Source: an uncultured Solirubrobacterales bacterium (GTDB lineage Bacteria > Actinomycetota > Thermoleophilia > Solirubrobacterales > 70-9). Taken from it: a DNA stretch of 64,000 bases. Below, one piece after another: positions 23,418 through 44,288 of this stretch. Below the pieces are notes generated by a model. That model was not told the origin of the DNA. It searched no databases and saw nothing but the letters and a program-made list of their open reading frames with translations. Position 1 is the stretch's first letter, and each line of letters begins with the position of its first letter. The stretch covers positions 2,227,168 through 2,291,167 of the forward strand of contig CAVYPC010000002.1 in assembly GCA_963770315.1 (NCBI GenBank), in the 5' to 3' direction. The position numbers were made by a program, and so were the translations under genes.

Positions 23418-23690
23418 CTAGTCGCCCTTGCCGGTGCCGGAATGTGCGCGGAAGGTCCGAGTCGGCGCGAACTCGCCGAGCTTGTGCCCGACCATCGACT
23501 CCGAGATGAAGACCGGTACGTGCTTGCGGCCGTCGTGGACGGCGATCGTGTGACCGACCATGTCCGGGAAGATCGTCGAGGTCCGCGACCAGGTTTTCAC
23601 CATCTGCTTCTGGCCGGAATCGTTCATCGCGGAGATCCGCCTCATCAACGCCGCTTCCACCCACGGTCCCTTTTTGGTCGAGCGTCCCAT
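23418..23690 (-). CDS. rpsS: 30S ribosomal protein S19
   Basis: 90 aa. [16 protein letters not shown]...[15 protein letters not shown]. Confidence 0.97.
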   Translation of the reverse strand: MGRSTKKGPWVEAALMRRISAMNDSGQKQMVKTWSRTSTIFPDMVGHTIAVHDGRKHVPVFISESMVGHKLGEFAPTRTFRAHSGTGKGD

Positions 23691-23700
23691 GATCTGTTTC

Positions 23701-24543
<843 letters not shown>

Positions 24544-24551
24544 CTCTCTCC

Positions 24552-24845
24552 CTACGCAGTCTCGGCGCCTTCGAACAGCTCGATTCGCTCGCCCGGGGCG
24601 AGCTGGACGATCGCCTTCTTCCAGCCCCGGGTCCGGCCTTTGCTGAGGCCCCGCCGCTTCGGCTTCGGCCGCACCTTCGAGGTGTGCACCCCGGCGACGC
24701 CGACATCGAAAATCTCTTCCACCGCGGCGGCGATCTGGGTCTTGTGGGCACGGTCGTTGACCCTGAAGGTGTACTTGCCTTCGGCGATCAGCGCGTAGCT
24801 CTTCTCCGAGACGACCGGGCGGACGATGATGTTGCGAGCGTCCAT
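24552..24845 (-). CDS. rplW: 50S ribosomal protein L23
   Basis: 97 aa. [14 protein letters not shown]. Confidence 0.96.
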   Translation of the reverse strand: MDARNIIVRPVVSEKSYALIAEGKYTFRVNDRAHKTQIAAAVEEIFDVGVAGVHTSKVRPKPKRRGLSKGRTRGWKKAIVQLAPGERIELFEGAETA

Positions 24846-25456
24846 CAGCCCAGTCTCTCCTCGAGCTTCTCCAGCGCCTTTTCGGAGATCACCAGCGAGG
24901 CGGCGCCGATCACGTCGGCGACACCGATCGCGCCCACCTCGGCGACCTCAACCCGAGCGATGTTGCGAAAGCTCTTCAGGGCGCCCGTCTCCTCGCCTTC
25001 GAGGACGACCAGGGTCGGGCGCTTGGCCCCCCATTTGGCCAGCGCCTCGGCGGCTGCCTTGGTCGAGGGAGTCTCGTAGGCCGCCGGGTCCAGGACCGCG
25101 ATGCTGTCGCGCTCGGCGTGGACCGAGAGCGCCGAGCGCATCGCCTTGCGCCGCGCTTTGCGGTTGACCTTGACGGTGTAATGGCGGGGCTTGGGGCCGA
25201 AGGTGACGCCGCCGCCGAACCGGCTGGACACGCCGAGGGTGCCGGCGCGAGCGCGGCCGGTGCCCTTCTGGCGCCAGGCCTTGGCGGTGGTGAAGGAGAC
25301 CTCGCCGCGGGTCAGCGTGGAAGCGGTGCCGCGCCGTCGGGAGGCGAGGTCGGCGCGAGCCGTCTCGTGCACCAGCGAGTGGTGGAAGGGCTCGGCGAAG
25401 AGCTCTTTCGGCAGGTCCGCCTTGGTCGTCTTGCCCAGCACAGCCGCTTTAGCCAT
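24845..25456 (-). CDS. rplD: 50S ribosomal protein L4
   Basis: 203 aa. [13 protein letters not shown]. Confidence 0.96.
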   Translation of the reverse strand: MAKAAVLGKTTKADLPKELFAEPFHHSLVHETARADLASRRRGTASTLTRGEVSFTTAKAWRQKGTGRARAGTLGVSSRFGGGVTFGPKPRHYTVKVNRKARRKAMRSALSVHAERDSIAVLDPAAYETPSTKAAAEALAKWGAKRPTLVVLEGEETGALKSFRNIARVEVAEVGAIGVADVIGAASLVISEKALEKLEERLG

Positions 25457-26078
25457 CGGTCCTCACCTCGATCAAGGCGTTGCGCGAGCCGGGAACCGAG
25501 CCTTTGAGCAGCAGCAGGTTGCGCTCCGCGTCGATCTCGGCGACTTCGAGGCCGCGCTGGGTGGTCCGCTTGTTGCCCATCTGACCCGGCATCCGCTGCC
25601 CTTTGAAGACGCGGCCCGGGAAGGCGCTGGCGCCGATCGAGCCCGGCGCCCTGACGTTGTGGGAGCCGTGACTGACCGGGCCGCGGCTGAAGTTGTGGCG
25701 CTTGATCCCACCCTGGAAGCCCTTGCCGATCGAGATCCCGGAGACTTTGACCTTCTGCCCCGCCTCGAAGGAGTCGACGGTGACGTCGTCCCCAACCTTG
25801 GGGCCCCCCTCGGCACCGAGATCCTCGTCGCGGAACTCGACCAGATGGCGCATCGGCGCCGCCCCGGCCTTCTTCAGGTGCCCCAGCTCCGCTTTGCTCA
25901 GCTTGCGCTCCTTGACCTCGCCGTAGGCGAGCTGGACGGCAGCGTAGCCGTCTCGCTCGGCGTCGCGGACGGCCGTCACCTTGCAGGGGCCGGCCTCGAT
26001 CACCGTTACGGGTACCACGGTGCCGTCCTCGCGGAAGACCTGCGTCATGCCGAGCTTCTTGCCGAGGATCGCAGCCAT
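25449..26078 (-). CDS. rplC: 50S ribosomal protein L3
   Basis: 209 aa. [12 protein letters not shown]...[11 protein letters not shown]. Confidence 0.97.
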   Translation of the reverse strand: MAAILGKKLGMTQVFREDGTVVPVTVIEAGPCKVTAVRDAERDGYAAVQLAYGEVKERKLSKAELGHLKKAGAAPMRHLVEFRDEDLGAEGGPKVGDDVTVDSFEAGQKVKVSGISIGKGFQGGIKRHNFSRGPVSHGSHNVRAPGSIGASAFPGRVFKGQRMPGQMGNKRTTQRGLEVAEIDAERNLLLLKGSVPGSRNALIEVRTDG

Positions 26079-26085
26079 TAGCCGA

Positions 26086-26406
26086 CTACAGCCTGATCTC
26101 GATGTCGACGCCCGCCGGCAGCGAGTCGAGCCGCTGCAGTGAGTCGACGGTTTTCGGCGAGGGCTGCAGGATGTCGATCAACCGCTTGTGGGTGCGGATC
26201 TCGAAGTGCTCGCGCGAGTCCTTGTCCTTGAAGGGAGAGCGGATCACGCAGTAGACGTTTTTCTCGGTGGGAAGGGGGACCGGGCCGGAGACGCTGGCGC
26301 CGGTGCGCTCCGCCGTCTCGACGATCTCGCGGGCAGCCCGATCTATGGCGTCGTGGTCGTACGCCTTCAGTCGGATCCGGATTTTTTGTGCCGCGATAGT
26401 CGCCAC
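26086..26406 (-). CDS. rpsJ: 30S ribosomal protein S10
   Basis: 106 aa, GTG start. [26 protein letters not shown]. Confidence 0.97.
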   Translation of the reverse strand: MATIAAQKIRIRLKAYDHDAIDRAAREIVETAERTGASVSGPVPLPTEKNVYCVIRSPFKDKDSREHFEIRTHKRLIDILQPSPKTVDSLQRLDSLPAGVDIEIRL

Positions 26407-26423
26407 AGTCGTTTCTCTTTTTC

Positions 26424-26451
26424 TTCCTGCGCGGTCTTTACCGCGCAGGAA
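26424..26451 (-). promoter_or_regulatory. perfect 11-bp-stem hairpin 17 nt upstream of the rpsJ start (possible S10-operon leader structure)
   Basis: TTCCTGCGCGG-TCTTTA-CCGCGCAGGAA. There is no U-tract on either strand. Confidence 0.35.
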
Positions 26452-26507
26452 GGGCGCCGCCCCCTGGTGGTGGGGCGCCGCCCCTGGTCGTATGTCTTTT
26501 TAGTTTT

Positions 26508-26548
26508 CTCGCCGCAAGAGCGGCGAGGGCGGGTGAACGCCCGCCCTC
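26508..26548 (-). terminator. two adjacent GC-rich hairpins just downstream of tuf (U-tract-less terminator candidates)
   Basis: CTCGCCGC-AAGA-GCGGCGAG (26508-26527) and GAGGGCGGG-TGAACG-CCCGCCCTC (26525-26548). The tuf stop is at 26559. On the minus strand they are followed by an A-rich rather than U-rich tract. Confidence 0.35.
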
Positions 26549-26558
26549 CGATGCTGGA

Positions 26559-27743
<1,185 letters not shown>

Positions 27744-27864
27744 CGCTCTCCGTTCTACCTTTCGAAGTCGGGTTCTGTCTGACTTGGGTGATTGAGTCTG
27801 CTTGAAAATTCCTGGCAGCCGGGAATCTGCTGCCTGCGGGCGAACCTGGGAAATATAGCCAGAT

Positions 27865-29976
<2,112 letters not shown>

Positions 29977-30063
29977 GGTCTTAAGGTAAGCGTTGTCTTG
30001 AAGTCGGGACGAGAGAAATCTAAGAAGTCATCGCCTGCCGGCAAGAACCGCCGGGATCGGCGC

Positions 30064-31053
30064 ATGAAAAAGGCCCTCGCGGGCCCGGCGAAACGTACTG
30101 CGAAAAAGAAGCCTGAGCGACGCGCGATGATAGCAGCGACGCGACGGCGCATCGGAAAGATGCCCCGGCAGGCGGGGAAGCGCCTCGGCAACGCCCTCCC
30201 CGGGCTCCTCACCGCGACTCGCAGGGTCGACCGCACGGTCGACCGGCAGCTGCAGCGCGCCTGGCCACCGATCGCCCGCGCCGGTCGATCGGCCCGTGCT
30301 GCCGGCAATCGCCTCGGTCGGCGCCTGCGCCCGGTCGGCGTCGTCCTCTTCCGCGGCCTCGCCCTGCTCGAACGCCATCTGCTGCGTACCGCCGCCTGGG
30401 CGCAGCGAGCGGCGACCCGCGGCAGCGCCGTGCTCACCCCGCAGCGGGCGATCTGCCTGACGATCCTCGGCTCGGCGGGGTGCCTGCTCGCCTCCCAGTT
30501 CGTCGACTACCGGGCGGTCGAGATCGGCCAATCGGGCTATGCGGGCCTGCCGGCCGCGACCCCACCGACCGCCGGCGCCGAGACCGCCGGGCAAGCCCAT
30601 GCCTACCTGCTGATCCCGGTGGCGCTGCTCGCCGCCGCACTGGCCCTCGCCGTGCTGCGCAACGGCCGCCGGCAGGGGCTGGGGCGGATCGTCTTCGTGC
30701 TCGGCCTGCTCAGCCTCGCCGTCATCCTCCTGGTCGACCTGCCGGCCGGGCTGGATGCGGGGGCCCAGGCCTCGCGCTTCTCCGGCGCCAAGGCGGTCCT
30801 CTATGACGACTTTTACGCTCAGATCGCCGCCGCGGCCGGGCTGATGCTGGGCGGCGCGCTGCTCGTTGCAGCCCCGAAAGCGGCGGCCCGCTACCATGCG
30901 CGGCCGTGCCGAACACGAACCAACTCATTCGCAAGGGCCGCAAGCGCCCTAAGAAGAAGACGACGACGCCGGGCCTCAAGTCGGGGCAGGGCAACAAGAA
31001 GAGGGTCGCGGCGCCGCAAAGGCGCGGTGTCTGCACCCGCGTCGCCACGGTAA
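30064..31053 (+). CDS. hypothetical membrane protein (basic N-terminus, about 4 TM helices); 3' end overlaps rpsL out of frame
   Basis: Strong third-position GC from about 30160 to 30890. TM-like segments [58 protein letters not shown] and [17 protein letters not shown]. The start is uncertain: TTG 29998, or ATG 30064, 30127 or 30163. The stop is at 31053, which is 148 nt inside rpsL. Confidence 0.5.
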   Translation: MKKALAGPAKRTAKKKPERRAMIAATRRRIGKMPRQAGKRLGNALPGLLTATRRVDRTVDRQLQRAWPPIARAGRSARAAGNRLGRRLRPVGVVLFRGLALLERHLLRTAAWAQRAATRGSAVLTPQRAICLTILGSAGCLLASQFVDYRAVEIGQSGYAGLPAATPPTAGAETAGQAHAYLLIPVALLAAALALAVLRNGRRQGLGRIVFVLGLLSLAVILLVDLPAGLDAGAQASRFSGAKAVLYDDFYAQIAAAAGLMLGGALLVAAPKAAARYHARPCRTRTNSFARAASALRRRRRRRASSRGRATRRGSRRRKGAVSAPASPR

Positions 31054-31301
31054 CGCCGAAGAAGCCGAACTCGGCTCTGCGCAAGATCGCCCGCGTGCGC
31101 CTCACCAACGGGATGGAGGTCACCACCTATATCCCCGGCGAGGGCCACAACCTGCAGGAGCACTCGGTGGTGCTGGTGCGCGGCGGCCGGGTCAAGGATC
31201 TGCCGGGCGTCCGCTACAAGGTCGTCCGCGGCACCCTCGACGCCGCCGGCGTCTCCGACCGCAAGCAGGCCCGCTCCCTCTACGGCGTCAAGGCCAGCTG
31301 A
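30906..31301 (+). CDS. rpsL: 30S ribosomal protein S12
   Basis: 131 aa, GTG start. NQLIRKGR...[60 protein letters not shown]. It is on the strand opposite to fusA-tuf. Confidence 0.97.
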   Translation: MPNTNQLIRKGRKRPKKKTTTPGLKSGQGNKKRVAAPQRRGVCTRVATVTPKKPNSALRKIARVRLTNGMEVTTYIPGEGHNLQEHSVVLVRGGRVKDLPGVRYKVVRGTLDAAGVSDRKQARSLYGVKAS

Positions 31302-31305
31302 ATCC

Positions 31306-31776
31306 GTGCCGCGCCGCTCCGCCGCACAGATCCGCCCGGTCGAACCCGACGCCCGCTACCGCAACCGGCTCGTCCAGCAGCTCATCAACAAGGTGATGAG
31401 CGACGGCAAGAAGTCGCTTGCCGAGCGGCTCGTCTACGACGCGCTGGCGATCGTCGGCGAGCGCTCCAACGAGGATCCCGTCGAGACCCTCGAGGCGGCG
31501 ATCAAACAACTTACCCCGGTGCTCGAGGTTCGCTCGCGCCGGGTCGGCGGCGCCACCTACCAGGTGCCGGTCGAGGTCCCCGCCCGCCGCGCCCGCACGC
31601 TTGCGGTCCGCTGGCTGGTCGACTTCGCCCGCAACCGCCGCGAGTACTCGATGTCGGAGCGGCTCGCCAGCGAAATCCTCGACTCGAACCAGCAGCAGGG
31701 CGGGGCCTGGAAGCGCAAGGACGACATCTACCGCATGGCTCAGGCCAATAAGGCCTTTGCGCACTATCGCTGGTAG
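31306..31776 (+). CDS. rpsG: 30S ribosomal protein S7
   Basis: 156 aa. [44 protein letters not shown]. Confidence 0.97.
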   Translation: MPRRSAAQIRPVEPDARYRNRLVQQLINKVMSDGKKSLAERLVYDALAIVGERSNEDPVETLEAAIKQLTPVLEVRSRRVGGATYQVPVEVPARRARTLAVRWLVDFARNRREYSMSERLASEILDSNQQQGGAWKRKDDIYRMAQANKAFAHYRW

Positions 31777-31789
31777 CTAGCCTGGCTCC

Positions 31790-32266
31790 ATGAGCCGGCC
31801 AATCCTCGCCGTCGACGTCGACGGCGTCATCTCGCTCTTCGGCTTCGACGAGCCGCCGGACCGCAAAGCCGCGCGGTTCGAACTGATCGACGGAATGGTG
31901 CACTGCATCTCGCTGGCCGCCGGAGAGCGGCTGAAGCGGCTGGCCGAGGTCTACGACCTGGTCTGGGCCACCGGCTGGGAGGAAAAAGCCAACGACTACC
32001 TGCCCAACATCCTCGGCCTGCCGGAGCTTCCGCACCTGAGCTTCGACGGCGCCGCCCGCTTCGGCTCGGCGCACTGGAAGCTGGGGCCGTTGGACGAGTA
32101 CGGCAAGGGTCGGCCACTGGCCTGGGTCGACGACAGCTTCGACGAGAGCTGCTACGAGTGGGCGCGGGGTCGGGACGTGCCAACCCTCCTCGTCCCCACC
32201 GAGCCCCAGCTCGGCCTGGAGGAGGTCCAGGTCGAAGCGCTGATCGCCTGGGCCGGCGGGCTCTAA
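31790..32266 (+). CDS. HAD-superfamily hydrolase-like protein
   Basis: 158 aa. Motif I ILAVDVDGVI, with a later WVDDS acidic motif. Confidence 0.6.
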   Translation: MSRPILAVDVDGVISLFGFDEPPDRKAARFELIDGMVHCISLAAGERLKRLAEVYDLVWATGWEEKANDYLPNILGLPELPHLSFDGAARFGSAHWKLGPLDEYGKGRPLAWVDDSFDESCYEWARGRDVPTLLVPTEPQLGLEEVQVEALIAWAGGL

Positions 32267-32303
32267 CCCCACCGCCGGGAAGAGGCTGTCTACACTGCCC
32301 CCG

Positions 32304-32645
32304 ATGGAGGGATTCTGGCCAATCTTCTTCTTGCTGGTCGTCCTGAAGATCCCGGTCTTCGGCGCGCTCTGGCTGGTCTGGTGGGCGAGTAAGGCGCCAG
32401 AGGCGGACGGTGCTGCCGAGGACAACGGCGAGGACTTCAACCGCTGGCGACCGCAGCCGATCCGGCCCCGTGGCCCTCACCACTTGCCCGGAGGCAGTGC
32501 TGTCAGGAGGAGGCGGGGTGCCCCTCCTGGCCGCTGGGTTTTTCGCCGGGAGCCCGGGCTCTCTCGCCGAGCGATCAGGGCGAAAAACAGGACGCCGCTG
32601 GTCAGGAGGGGCACCCCGCCTCCTCCCGTCAAGCCGCCTGCCTAG
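32304..32645 (+). CDS. small hypothetical membrane protein (doubtful)
   Basis: N-terminal TM segment FWPIFFLLVVLKIPVFGALWLVWWA. The 3' third of the ORF, including its stop, is supplied by repeat copy 4. Confidence 0.3.
   Translation: MEGFWPIFFLLVVLKIPVFGALWLVWWASKAPEADGAAEDNGEDFNRWRPQPIRPRGPHHLPGGSAVRRRRGAPPGRWVFRREPGLSRRAIRAKNRTPLVRRGTPPPPVKPPA
32506..32626 (+). repeat. palindromic intergenic element, copy 4 (121 nt, perfect 24-bp outer stem)
   Basis: GGAGGAGGCGGGGTGCCCCTCCTG (32506-32529) is exactly complementary to CAGGAGGGGCACCCCGCCTCCTCC (32603-32626). Core GCTGGGTTTTTCGCC...CTCTCGCCGAG...GGGCGAAAAACAGGACGCCGC. It ends 2 nt before the monooxygenase stop codon. Confidence 0.9.
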
Positions 32646-33951
32646 ATCGCTTTCTCTCGTGGCGGATCTCTCGTATGTACGGGTGGAAGTCAACCTCGAT
32701 CGTGTGACGCTTGGAGCTTACGAAGCGCTTTTTTAGCCAGCGTTCGTAATCGACGATCTCCTCGCGCATCTCGGGTGCCGTGGGTAGAGCTGCCTTATCC
32801 GTGAGCAGGTCGGCTACCCATTCGGACTGGGCCTCAGCCAGCGGCATGATTGGGCCCAGGGGCTGGATGAAGCCGATGAAGTAGAGGCCGGGGTTCTCCG
32901 TGGAGACGACCCGTTTGTATAGCGGCATGCGGTTGTCGCGGGCGGCGAAGACCTTCTCGTCGAGGAAGGGGAATGAGATTTCGTAGCCGGTGCAGTAGAC
33001 GACCAGGTCGATCTCCTCCTCGCTGCCGTCGGCGAAGCGCACGGTGCGGTCGCCGGTAAAGCGGTCGATGCTTGGCTTGGCCGCGATATCGCCGTGGCCG
33101 AGTCGCGGCAGCAGCTCCGAAGAGACGGTGGGATGGGCCTCGAACAGCTTGTGGTCGGGCCTGGGAAGGCCGTAATCGGTCATCTCGCCGATCGACATCT
33201 TCAGCAGTCGCGAAGCGAAGAAACGCTGCACGGTCATCGGCAGGTAGCTCAGCGCCGGCGGCATCGATTCGTCGATCGGCTTGCCACCGAGGAACTTCGG
33301 CAGCACGTAGGCGCCGCGCCGCATCGCGAGGAAGGTCTTCTCGGCGATTCGCGACGCCTCGACCGCGACGTCGACGGCGGAGTTGCCGATTCCCAATACC
33401 AGCACCCGCTTGCCCTCCAGCACGTCGGACTCGCGGTAGTGGTGGACGTGCATCTGCTCGCCCTCGTACTCGTCGGCACCCGGGAAGGGCGGTTCGGGCC
33501 AGCGCGGCTTCCAGTGATGCCCGTTTGCCACCAGGACCGCGCGGTAGCGCTCGGTATGCTGGGTGCCGTCGGCGTCCTCGACGGTCACATCCCAGCCGCC
33601 ATCGACAGGCTCAGCGGCGGCGACCTCGGTACGGAAGACGATCTTCTCGGCGAGGCCGAAGCGCTCGGCATAGTCGTCGAAGTATTTGGCGACCTGGTAG
33701 TGGCTGGGGTAGTCCGGATAGTCCTCCGGCATTGGAAAAGCCTTGTAGGACATGAGCTTGCGGGCACTGTTGATGTGCAGCGACCGATAAGCCGACGAAG
33801 TCCCGTTGTCGTTCTCATAGCGCCAGTTCCCACCGATCATCGACCCCTTCTCGAAGCAGTCGAAAGGGATGCCGCGAGCGGCCAAGACCTGGCAAGCGGT
33901 CAGCCCCGACGAACCAGCTCCTATGATGCAGACCTTCTCCACCTTGGCCAC
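32629..33951 (-). CDS. flavin-containing monooxygenase (class B, FMO/BVMO-like)
   Basis: 440 aa. FAD site IIGAGSSGL, an FMO-type motif around GEQMHVHHY, and NADPH site VLGIGNSAVD. Confidence 0.85.
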   Translation of the reverse strand: MAKVEKVCIIGAGSSGLTACQVLAARGIPFDCFEKGSMIGGNWRYENDNGTSSAYRSLHINSARKLMSYKAFPMPEDYPDYPSHYQVAKYFDDYAERFGLAEKIVFRTEVAAAEPVDGGWDVTVEDADGTQHTERYRAVLVANGHHWKPRWPEPPFPGADEYEGEQMHVHHYRESDVLEGKRVLVLGIGNSAVDVAVEASRIAEKTFLAMRRGAYVLPKFLGGKPIDESMPPALSYLPMTVQRFFASRLLKMSIGEMTDYGLPRPDHKLFEAHPTVSSELLPRLGHGDIAAKPSIDRFTGDRTVRFADGSEEEIDLVVYCTGYEISFPFLDEKVFAARDNRMPLYKRVVSTENPGLYFIGFIQPLGPIMPLAEAQSEWVADLLTDKAALPTAPEMREEIVDYERWLKKRFVSSKRHTIEVDFHPYIREIRHERKRSRQAA

Positions 33952-34071
33952 CCAGCCAATCTATCCAAGAGCCCTGCCGCCCGCGATTGCAGCTTTGTCC
34001 CCACCATAGGGTGGAAAAAGCTGCAATCGAGGTGGGTCGAGGCAAGGCAGCTAAGCGAAGGGCAGATGGGT

Positions 34072-34177
34072 GAGGGGGGCGCGGGTGCCCCTTCGTCGGA
34101 ACTTGTGAGCCGCGGGACCTCTATCCCATCGGCAGGTGTGGGCGCGGGTTCCGCCGAAGGGGCACCCGCGCCCCCTC

Positions 34178-34178
<1 letters not shown>
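34072..34178. repeat. palindromic intergenic element, copy 5 (variant core, about 107 nt)
   Basis: GAGGGGGGCGCGGGTGCCCCTTCG and CGAAGGGGCACCCGCGCCCCCTCC form the outer stem (21 nt perfectly complementary). There is an inner CGGAAC/GTTCCG stem, and the apical sequence differs from copies 1-4. It abuts the rpoC stop codon. Confidence 0.75.
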
Positions 34179-41811
<7,633 letters not shown>

Positions 41812-41892
41812 AGTCGGCGACTCCTCAGACGGTCAGAGGGACGTGGATACAGCGCAGATATGGGCAAGGGGAGACAACAGGCGCGCGACCAC

Positions 41893-41921
41893 GAAAAATA
41901 ACACACGGCCGCGCTCGGCCG
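41893..41921 (-). terminator. rplL-rpoB intergenic attenuator/terminator hairpin
   Basis: Minus-strand RNA reads CGGCCG-AGCG-CGGCCG followed by UGUGUUAUUUUUCG, in the 155-nt rplL-rpoB spacer. Confidence 0.55.
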
Positions 41922-41966
41922 CTGGATCGGCTCCCTGCCGGCGATCCATTCGCGGTCGGTGCAGCT

Positions 41967-42362
41967 TTATTTCAACTCGACAGTCGCTCCTGCCTCCTCC
42001 AATTCTCCCTTGATCTTCTCGGCTTCGTCGCGCTCGATGCCCTCTTTGATCGCTTTCGGGGCCTCGTCGACGATCGCCTTGGCCTCTTTCAGGCCGAGCC
42101 CGGTCGCGGCGCGGACCACCTTGATCACCGGCACTTTCTGGCCGCCGACCTCGGTCAGCACCACGTCGACCGTGGAGGACTCTTCGGCACCGCCATCGCC
42201 ATCGCCCGCCGGGGCGCCGGCGGCTGCCGGGGCGGCTGCGGCGACCGCGGTCGCGGAAACGCCGAACTCCTCCTCGAGCGCTTTGATCCGCTCGGAGAGC
42301 TCGAGCACCGAGATGCCTTTCAGCTCCTCGATCCAATCCTCAGTTTTGACTTTGGTTGCCAT
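41967..42362 (-). CDS. rplL: 50S ribosomal protein L7/L12
   Basis: 131 aa. C-terminal [22 protein letters not shown]. Confidence 0.97.
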   Translation of the reverse strand: MATKVKTEDWIEELKGISVLELSERIKALEEEFGVSATAVAAAAPAAAGAPAGDGDGGAEESSTVDVVLTEVGGQKVPVIKVVRAATGLGLKEAKAIVDEAPKAIKEGIERDEAEKIKGELEEAGATVELK

Positions 42363-43033
42363 TACTCCTCTTCCTTGCTTTCGTCGTCAGTTTCAGAAGT
42401 CTCGTTTTCCTCAGACCCGTTGTCCGCGGGTCCCTCGTCAGCTGAATCGCCTGGGGTACCAGCGGGCTCTTCCTCGACTGGCGCAACCTCGGGCTCAGCT
42501 GCAGGAGCCTCGCCGGTGACCAGTCCTTTCTCAGCGATTTGGCCCAGCTGAAGGGCAAGCCCCTGAATCATGGAACCCAAGCCCCGAACCAGGCCGGTGA
42601 GTGGGCTGGCGATGACGCCGGCCAGCTGACCGTTGAGCACTTCGCGGGCCGGCAGGCGCGCTATCGACTTGAACTTTTCCTCGTCGAGCGCGAGGTCGGC
42701 CATGAAGCCGCCCTTGAAGGTGAGGACTTCGTGCTCTTTGTTGAAGGTCGAGATCGCCTTGGCGGCCTGGGCGGTGTCGCCGCGGACGAAGGTCAGCGCG
42801 GTCGGGCCCTGCAGCAGCTCCGCGAGACGAGCCTCGCCGACCTGCTCGGCCGCCCGTTTGGTGAGGCGGTTCTTGACGACCCGGAAGCTGGCGTCGGCCT
42901 CGCGCAGCTTGCCGCGCAGTTCAGCCGCCTGCGGGACGCTGATGCCGCGATAGTCGACCGCGAAGATCGCTTCGGCGCCCTCGATCTGGGCGGCGATCTC
43001 CTCGATGGCTTGTGCCTTTTCGTCTCGGTTCAT
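42362..43033 (-). CDS. rplJ: 50S ribosomal protein L10 with a roughly 48-aa acidic C-terminal extension
   Basis: Start [33 protein letters not shown] at 43033. Tail [14 protein letters not shown]...[10 protein letters not shown]. Confidence 0.94.
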   Translation of the reverse strand: MNRDEKAQAIEEIAAQIEGAEAIFAVDYRGISVPQAAELRGKLREADASFRVVKNRLTKRAAEQVGEARLAELLQGPTALTFVRGDTAQAAKAISTFNKEHEVLTFKGGFMADLALDEEKFKSIARLPAREVLNGQLAGVIASPLTGLVRGLGSMIQGLALQLGQIAEKGLVTGEAPAAEPEVAPVEEEPAGTPGDSADEGPADNGSEENETSETDDESKEEE

Positions 43034-43101
43034 TGGTTCGCCTGCACCGGGCTTCTGGGCTTGGCCCCGCCGGTGGTCTAGGGGTCGCGCGGCGGGGGAG
43101 T

Positions 43102-43836
43102 CTACGCGGTCGCCGGCTCCGCTGCCGACTCGGCGGCCACCTCGCGCTCGCCGGTCTTGCCGGCGTCGATCCGGATGCCCGGGCCCATCGTCGTCGTCAG
43201 CGTCGCCGAGAGGATGTATTTGCCCTTCGATGAAGACGGTTTGGCGCGAACGACCTCGTCGATCACCGCGAGGCAGTTGTCGAGCAGCTTCTGCGCGTCG
43301 AAGCTGGCCTTGCCGATCGCCAGGTGGATGATCGCCTGGCGGTCGGTGCGGTACTCGATCTTGCCCGACTTGGACTCGGTCACGGCCTTCTCGATGTCGT
43401 CGGTGACCGTGCCCACCTTTGGGTTGGGCATCTTGCCCTGCGGCCCGAGCACGCGGCCGAGCTGGCCGACCGTTTTCATCATGTCGGGGGTGGAGATCGC
43501 GACGTCGAAGTCGGTCCAGCCCTCCTGGACTTTCTCGACCAGATCCTGGCCGCCGACGAAATCGGCGCCTGCCGTCTCCGCGTCGCGGGCCTGCTGGCCC
43601 TGGGCGAAGACCGCGATCGTCACGTCTTTGCCGAGGCCGTGGGGCAGGGCGAGGGTACCGCGCAGCTGCTCCTCGGCGTGGCGGACGTTGACGCCGAGCC
43701 GCAGGTGCAGCTCCACCGTCTCGTCGAAGCCGGCGCTGGCGGTCTCCTTGATCAGCGAGATCGCCTCGGCCGGCGGGTATTCCCGCTCGCGCTGGACCTT
43801 GCCGAGCTGTTTGCGGTAGCGCTTGCCGTGGGCCAT
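43102..43836 (-). CDS. rplA: 50S ribosomal protein L1
   Basis: 244 aa. FDETVELHLRLGVNVRHAEEQLRGTLALPHGLGK. Confidence 0.97.
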   Translation of the reverse strand: MAHGKRYRKQLGKVQREREYPPAEAISLIKETASAGFDETVELHLRLGVNVRHAEEQLRGTLALPHGLGKDVTIAVFAQGQQARDAETAGADFVGGQDLVEKVQEGWTDFDVAISTPDMMKTVGQLGRVLGPQGKMPNPKVGTVTDDIEKAVTESKSGKIEYRTDRQAIIHLAIGKASFDAQKLLDNCLAVIDEVVRAKPSSSKGKYILSATLTTTMGPGIRIDAGKTGEREVAAESAAEPATA

Positions 43837-43838
43837 GG

Positions 43839-44261
43839 CTATTTGACGTCCACGCCCATCGAGCGGGCGGTGCCGGCGATGATCTTCGAGGCGGCATCGA
43901 GGTCGTTGGCGTTGAGGTCGGGCATCTTGCGCTCGGCGATCTGGCGGACCTGGTCCATCGAGATCGTGCCGACTTTGTTCACGTGCGGCTCGCCCGAGCC
44001 CTTTTTGATGCCGATCGCCTCGCGGATCAGCACGGCGGCGGGCGGCGTCTTGGTGATGAAGCTGAAGGAGCGATCCTCATAGACGGTGATCTCGACCGGG
44101 ATGATCGTGCCGCCCTCGCTCTGCGTCTGGGCGTTGAAGGCTTTGCAGAACTCCATGATGTTGACGCCGTGCTGACCCAGCGCGGGACCGACCGGCGGCG
44201 CCGGGTTGGCGTTGCCTGCCTGGATCTGCAGCTTGATGAGGGTGAGGACTTTTTTCGCCAT
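43839..44261 (-). CDS. rplK: 50S ribosomal protein L11
   Basis: 140 aa. [35 protein letters not shown]. Confidence 0.97.
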   Translation of the reverse strand: MAKKVLTLIKLQIQAGNANPAPPVGPALGQHGVNIMEFCKAFNAQTQSEGGTIIPVEITVYEDRSFSFITKTPPAAVLIREAIGIKKGSGEPHVNKVGTISMDQVRQIAERKMPDLNANDLDAASKIIAGTARSMGVDVK

Positions 44262-44288
44262 TGGGATCGGGGAGCGTAGCGGGCCGGG

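Noticed and set aside
19300-23664. Over-long ORF-track models for rplE (401 aa), rplN (315 aa), rpmC (227 aa) and rplV (273 aa); the same applies to rplJ (42362..43897, 511 aa)
   Set aside because: Their 5' parts run out of frame through the preceding ribosomal genes. Internal starts coincide with conserved N-termini and with stop/start overlaps of the upstream genes.
27744-27864. Possible hairpin plus short U-run (GGCAGC...GCTGCC AGGAAUUUUC on the minus strand) in the fusA-tuf spacer
   Set aside because: The stem is only 6 bp with a 9-nt loop, and alternative pairings exist. I could not support a terminator or tuf promoter call without transcript data.
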